Positions 35,427-39,769 of a stretch of 39,769 nucleotides of DNA are shown here, one piece after another. The position numbers were made by a program, and so were the translations under genes. The notes beneath the pieces are model-generated. The model worked only from the letters and a program-made list of their open reading frames with translations, was not told the DNA's origin and did no database searches. Position 1 is the first letter of the stretch. Each line of letters begins with the position of its first letter. Source of the DNA: Malacoraja senta (Eukaryota); contig JAXLNO010000392.1 in NCBI GenBank assembly GCA_038087875.1, positions 1 through 39,769 on the forward strand, in the 5' to 3' direction.

Positions 35427-36415
35427 ATGCTGGAGTAATCAGCGGGTGAGGCAGCATCTCTGGAGAGAAGGAATGGGCAACGTTTCAGGTCGAGTCCCTT
35501 CTTCAGATTGATGTCAGGGGAGGGGGCGGGACAGAGATAGAATGTAGTCGGAGGCAGTAAGACTGGTGGGAGAACTGTGACGGGGAGAGGATGGAGAGGG
35601 AAAGCAAGGGCTATCTGAAGTTAAAGAAGTCAATGTTCATACCGCTGGGGTGTAAACTACCCAAGCGAAATATGAGGTGCTGTTTCTCCAATTTGCGCTG
35701 GGCCTCACTCTGACAATGGAGGAGGCCCGTGACAGAAAGATCAGATTGGGAATGGGAGGGGGAGTTGGTGCTGAGCCACCGAGAGATCAGGTAGGTTAAG
35801 ATGGACTGATCAGAGGTGTTCAGCAAAACGATCGCCGAGCCTGCGCTTGGTCTAGCCGATGTAGAGAAGTTGACACCTGGAACAGCGGATACAGTAGATG
35901 AGGTTGGAGGAGGTGCAAGTGAACCTCTGCCTCACCTGGAAAGATTTTTGGGTCCTTGGATGGAGTCGAGGGGGGAAGTAAAGCTTTACCTCCCCCCTCG
36001 ACTCCATCCAAGGACCAAAACAGTGTTCGCTGAACACCTCCGCTCAGTCCGTCTTAACCTACCTGATCTCCTGGTGGCTCAGCAGCAACTCCCCCTCCCA
36101 TTCCCAATCTGATCTATCTGTCCTGGGCCTCCTCCTTTGTCAGAGTTAGGCCCAGCGCAAATTGGAGGAACAGAACATTGACTTCTTTAACTTCAGATAG
36201 CTCTTGCTTTCTCTCTCCATCCCCTTCCCCTTCCCAGTCTTACTGTCTCCACCTACATTCTATCTTTGTCCCGCCCCATCCCCTGACATCAGTCTGAAGA
36301 AGGTACTGGACCCGAAACATCGCCCATTCCTTCTCTCCAGAGATGCTGCCTCACCCGCTGAGCTACAGTAGCATTTCGTATCTACCTTCGATTTAAACCA
36401 GCATCTGCAGTTCTT
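35427..36415. mobile_element. Penelope-like element 3' fragments in inverted (fold-back) arrangement
   Basis: The left arm encodes on the - strand FTCTSSNLIYCIRCSRCQLLYIG (GIY-YIG endonuclease start) and RKLEKQHLIFRLGSLHPSGMN. The right arm is its reverse complement with deletions; the axis is at 35983/35984. Confidence 0.85.
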
Positions 36416-37184
36416 TATACACTGCTCTACTGAGCTGGATGATAGCCTGCTATTTGATATAAAACCTGGCTGCAAGGACCGAATGGCCTACTCCTGCACC
36501 TATTGTCTATTGTCTAATGGGGAAACCATCCTTGCCTTCACCTGTCCGAAAGAAATGTGGAGGTAAGAACACTACGTTGAGGAGAAGGAGGTGGATTAAC
36601 AGTGGAACAACAGAACGAAAATAAAAAATAAAGAGAAATGGCTCAAGACATCTGGCAGGTCAGGCGGCATCAATGAAAATGGAAAGTCATTTTTTCAGTT
36701 GCTGCCTTATCTACTGAGCTCTTCAGCGTTTTCTGTTTTAATTTCGGATTTTCAATGCCAGCAGCATTCCTTTTTGTTTTGCAAAGAAAATTAATGGAGA
36801 GAGAGAACTCAAAAGTTAGTTGGCTAGATTGCAGTGCAGTCATCTCCATCTGACTGGCCCCACACAATGAATGATTTGAAGAACGATGACACTAAATTAA
36901 TTCACACTTCGCCTTTCACCTGCAAAGTCACTCACCAACACATTACTTTCCACATAAACCCACCAATAATGTACATTCCAAACCTGATTTAATACATCAA
37001 TAATAACTGAAGGAGAACAGAAGTAATCATTACCTTGCGTTCTATTAGTGCCTGCCTTTTGTGTGCCTCATCTAATTTAGTGCTCCTTTGCACTGAGGCT
37101 GTAGTTTGGCTGCTGACTGATTGAGGAGACTGCAGGTGGCTTTGAAGTACAGTTTCAATTACTTTTTAACTAGAAGCCCTGGAT

Positions 37185-37725
37185 CACAGAGTCACAGAGA
37201 TGCAGCATGCAAAGAGCACTCTTTGGTCCACAGTCAATGCTGACCATCAACCATCTACACCAATCAAATCCAACTTTATTCTCTCCATATTGTCATCAAT
37301 TCCCTCCAGATTCTAATACTCACCTACATACAAGGGGCAACTTTACAGAGACCAATTAACCTACCACCTGCATGTCATTGGGATAGAAACATAGAAACAT
37401 AGAAAATAGGTGCAGGAGGAGGCCATTCGGCCCTCCGAGCCAGCACCGCCATTCATTGTGATCATGGCTGATCGTCCCCTATCAATAACCCGTGCCTGCC
37501 TTCTCCCCATATCCCTTGATTCCACTAGCTCCTAGAGCTCTATCTAACTCTCTCTTAAATCCATCCAGTGATGTGGGGAGAAAGCAGAGCACCCGGAGGA
37601 CTTCCACTCCGTCACAACGAAAACACGCAGACTCCACACTGACAGCACCTGTAGTCAGGATTGAACCTGGGTTACTGGTACTATGAGGCCGCAGGTCTAC
37701 CAGCTGCGCCAGTGTGTCACCCTCC
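37185..37725 (-). mobile_element. Older V-SINE copy interrupted by a CR1 3' fragment (about 37384-37572)
   Basis: The SINE body CCAATTAACCTACC..CATGTCATTGGGAT resumes at GTGGGGAGAAAGCAGAGCACCCGG. The insert with its (ATAGAAAC)n tail is nearly identical to 2292-2472. Confidence 0.75.
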
Positions 37726-37902
37726 GCCTGAACTGTAGCAGCTCAGGTTAGCAGACTAACAGGCAATGGCTAGAGTACTGGCAAGATCCTCATACTGGAG
37801 CGAAGATGCAAAGTTTGCATCTAAAGTTTGCAAATATGCAAACAGTCTGGTCTCGTGTGCAGATGTGGCATCGAAGGAGAGGAAGCTAAAGCAAAGAAGT
37901 GG

Positions 37903-38140
37903 AAGCCAAATAACCGAACGGAAACGAAGCCGAAAAGCCAAATAACCAAAAGCGTACGAAGCCGAAAAGCCAAATAACCGAAAGGGCGGGACACCTAAAA
38001 GCCAACTAACCGAAAGGGCGGGATGCCTAAAATCCAACTAACCAAAAGGGCGGGCGCCTAAAAGACAACTCACTGAGAGGGCACAATGCCGAAAAGCCAA
38101 CTCACCGAACGGACGGAATGCCGAAAAGCAAAATAACAGA
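37903..38140. repeat. Minisatellite, about 8 units of 32 bp
   Basis: AAGCCAA(A/C)TAACC-like cores start at 37903, 37935, 37967, 37999, 38031, 38062, 38094 and 38126. Confidence 0.9.
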
Positions 38141-38409
38141 TATGACGTCGCCGGGGGGTGGGACTTGTCAGCGATGGGTCCAGACCACTGCGTCTTTCAC
38201 ATCACTGGCCAGGGAGGGTGGGGGTCATTTTCCACACACAAGACCGCCTGGGGCTGGAGGGTGACTGGGCACTCTGAACCCGAGCACCAAGGTGTAAGCA
38301 GCCGAAGGAGCGCATCCCTCGGGACAGTCCCCACTCTCCCACGGCCACCCTCCGCCTCGTCTCCCCCGTTTGGCCACACTATGATAAGTATAAGCTTTGA
38401 TCTACCATG

Positions 38410-38490
<81 letters not shown>

Positions 38491-38562
38491 TCCCTCTCCC
38501 TCTCCCTCTCCCCTCCCCCTCCCCCTCCCCCCTCCCCCCTCTCTCTCTCCCTCTCTCTCTCT
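38410..38562. repeat. Compound microsatellite (GTCT)n(CT)n(CCCTCT)n
   Basis: Directly visible; explains the low-complexity ORFs at 38165-38637. Confidence 0.97.
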
Positions 38563-39769
38563 TTTAAAAAACTTTATTGGCATGATAATAATACATTGTT
38601 ATATTGCCAAAGTATAAAACATGACATACATATTTAAAATGCATAACTATAAATACAAGTATACAGTGCATAGATAGATATGTCCCTGTACATAAACTCG
38701 CAAGAGGCCTATAGCCCTTTATTGATTGCTACACGTTCTTGCAGCTGTAAGCAGTACAACAGGATAGCAAGTTTAGCAATTCAATATTAATTTCCTAGTG
38801 TCAGTTAATGTCAATTAATGTGTGCGTACATATGTGCATATTGGTCATTCACCGTCTCTCAGGTTATGGCATGCTGTTACGTATTGTGCACCAAGATGTG
38901 CCGTATTTCCTTCACCAAGGATTATTCTTAGTTTTGATGTATCATCTAGTTCTTTAAAATCAGGGGTTGCCTGACTGAGTTTGTCAAAGTATGTTTTCCT
39001 TGTTTTGTCAATTTTTTTGCATTTTAGGAGGAAGTGCACCTCTGTTTCAACCTCATCTGTCAAACAGTGGCCGCATATTCTGTTTTCTCTTGGTTGCCAG
39101 AATTTCTTCTGTCTTCCTTTTTCGACTGCCAAATAGTGGTCACTTAGCCTGTATTTGGTGAGGGTCTCTCTCTGTTTTTTGTCTCTAACAGTTGAGAGAT
39201 AGTCTGCCAATTTATAATCTCTTTTTAGTGCACGGTAACATTCTAATCTGCTTTGGCTTTTGGTTTCTTTATCCCAATGTTCCAAATACGTTTCTTTACA
39301 TTGTTTGATAATTTGGTTCACTCTAACTGGTGATTGGGGATCAGTATTGATCTGAGGCTGGTCAGGGTTTAACTGGATAAGGTTTAACTGAATGGGGGTA
39401 GTTAGTCTCGGTACCAACTGACACAGGGAACTCTTTTCTGGGCTCCCCTCTTGTGTTTTAAGGGCTTTAAACTGGAGGGTATCTGGTGGGCTAGATTTAA
39501 GGTGATTCCAAAAATTTAGTGCTCTTTTCTGGATATTTATTATCAGTGGGTATCTGCCTAATTCCGCCCTACGTGCATTTGTTGGTGTTTTCCTTTGGAT
39601 GCGGAGGATGTTCTGACAAAATTCCGCATGCAGGGCCTCCGTTGTATGTTTTTCCCATTTACTATAACTATGGTGACTGAGCGGCCCCCATACTTCACTA
39701 CCATAAAGCGCAATAGGCTGGATTACACTGTCAAATATTTTAAGCCAGATTTTAATTGGAATTTGGATG
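38563..39769 (-). mobile_element. 3' part of an RTE-X-like non-LTR retrotransposon, running off the window end
   Basis: Open frame followed by a 3' UTR of about 280 nt, AATAAA (38573-38578, - strand) and a directly adjacent (GA)n tract. Clade assignment is from recalled motif similarity only. Confidence 0.75.
38845..39768 (-). CDS. C-terminal part of a LINE reverse-transcriptase ORF (RT thumb region and CCHC-type zinc finger), 5'-partial
   Basis: Manual translation is open from 39768: IQIPIKIWLKIFDSVIQPIALYGSEVWG..ELGRYPL..KYRLSDHYLAVEKGR..RICGHC..ETEVHFLLKC..stop (308 codons). The track ORF starts internally at a TTG. Confidence 0.82.
   Translation of the reverse strand: MQIPIKIWLKIFDSVIQPIALYGSEVWGPLSHHSYSKWEKHTTEALHAEFCQNILRIQRKTPTNARRAELGRYPLIINIQKRALNFWNHLKSSPPDTLQFKALKTQEGSPEKSSLCQLVPRLTTPIQLNLIQLNPDQPQINTDPQSPVRVNQIIKQCKETYLEHWDKETKSQSRLECYRALKRDYKLADYLSTVRDKKQRETLTKYRLSDHYLAVEKGRQKKFWQPRENRICGHCLTDEVETEVHFLLKCKKIDKTRKTYFDKLSQATPDFKELDDTSKLRIILGEGNTAHLGAQYVTACHNLRDGE

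Noticed and set aside
37903..38140. CRISPR-like look of the repeat/variable-segment array
   Set aside because: The variable parts are only about 12 bp and related to each other, the repeats drift, there are no cas genes, and the context is vertebrate.
38165..38637. Three ORFs with CLSV, ERER and SLSL runs
   Set aside because: They are translations of the microsatellite.

Overview
Eukaryotic, AT-rich vertebrate genomic DNA. The repeat content (tRNA-derived V-SINE/HE1-like SINEs with CR1-type tails, Penelope-like remnants) points to a cartilaginous fish, probably a skate or ray; this is an inference. The only host gene I can support is the last coding exon and 3' UTR of RDH14 on the + strand (7340-7963), with exon 1 left of the window. 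The rest is intron or intergenic DNA dense in transposons. It holds an apparently intact, full-length 6.6-kb L1 element (- strand, 14-bp TSD, two open ORFs), a complete but frameshifted IR/DR Tc1 transposon nested in a SINE, and the 3' end of an RTE-X-like LINE with an open frame next to a microsatellite. There are also CR1 and Rex1/Babar fragments, and many Penelope-like fragments that carry minimal hammerhead-ribozyme-like cores and repeatedly form fold-backs. The least explained signals are the 1.2-kb L1 inter-ORF spacer (duplicated structured module plus a small ORF overlapping the ORF2 start), a diverged hairpin-bearing duplication in the RDH14 intron, and an 8 x 32-bp array near 38 kb. 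I found no CRISPR array or prokaryotic system. Repeat boundaries and identities were estimated by eye.
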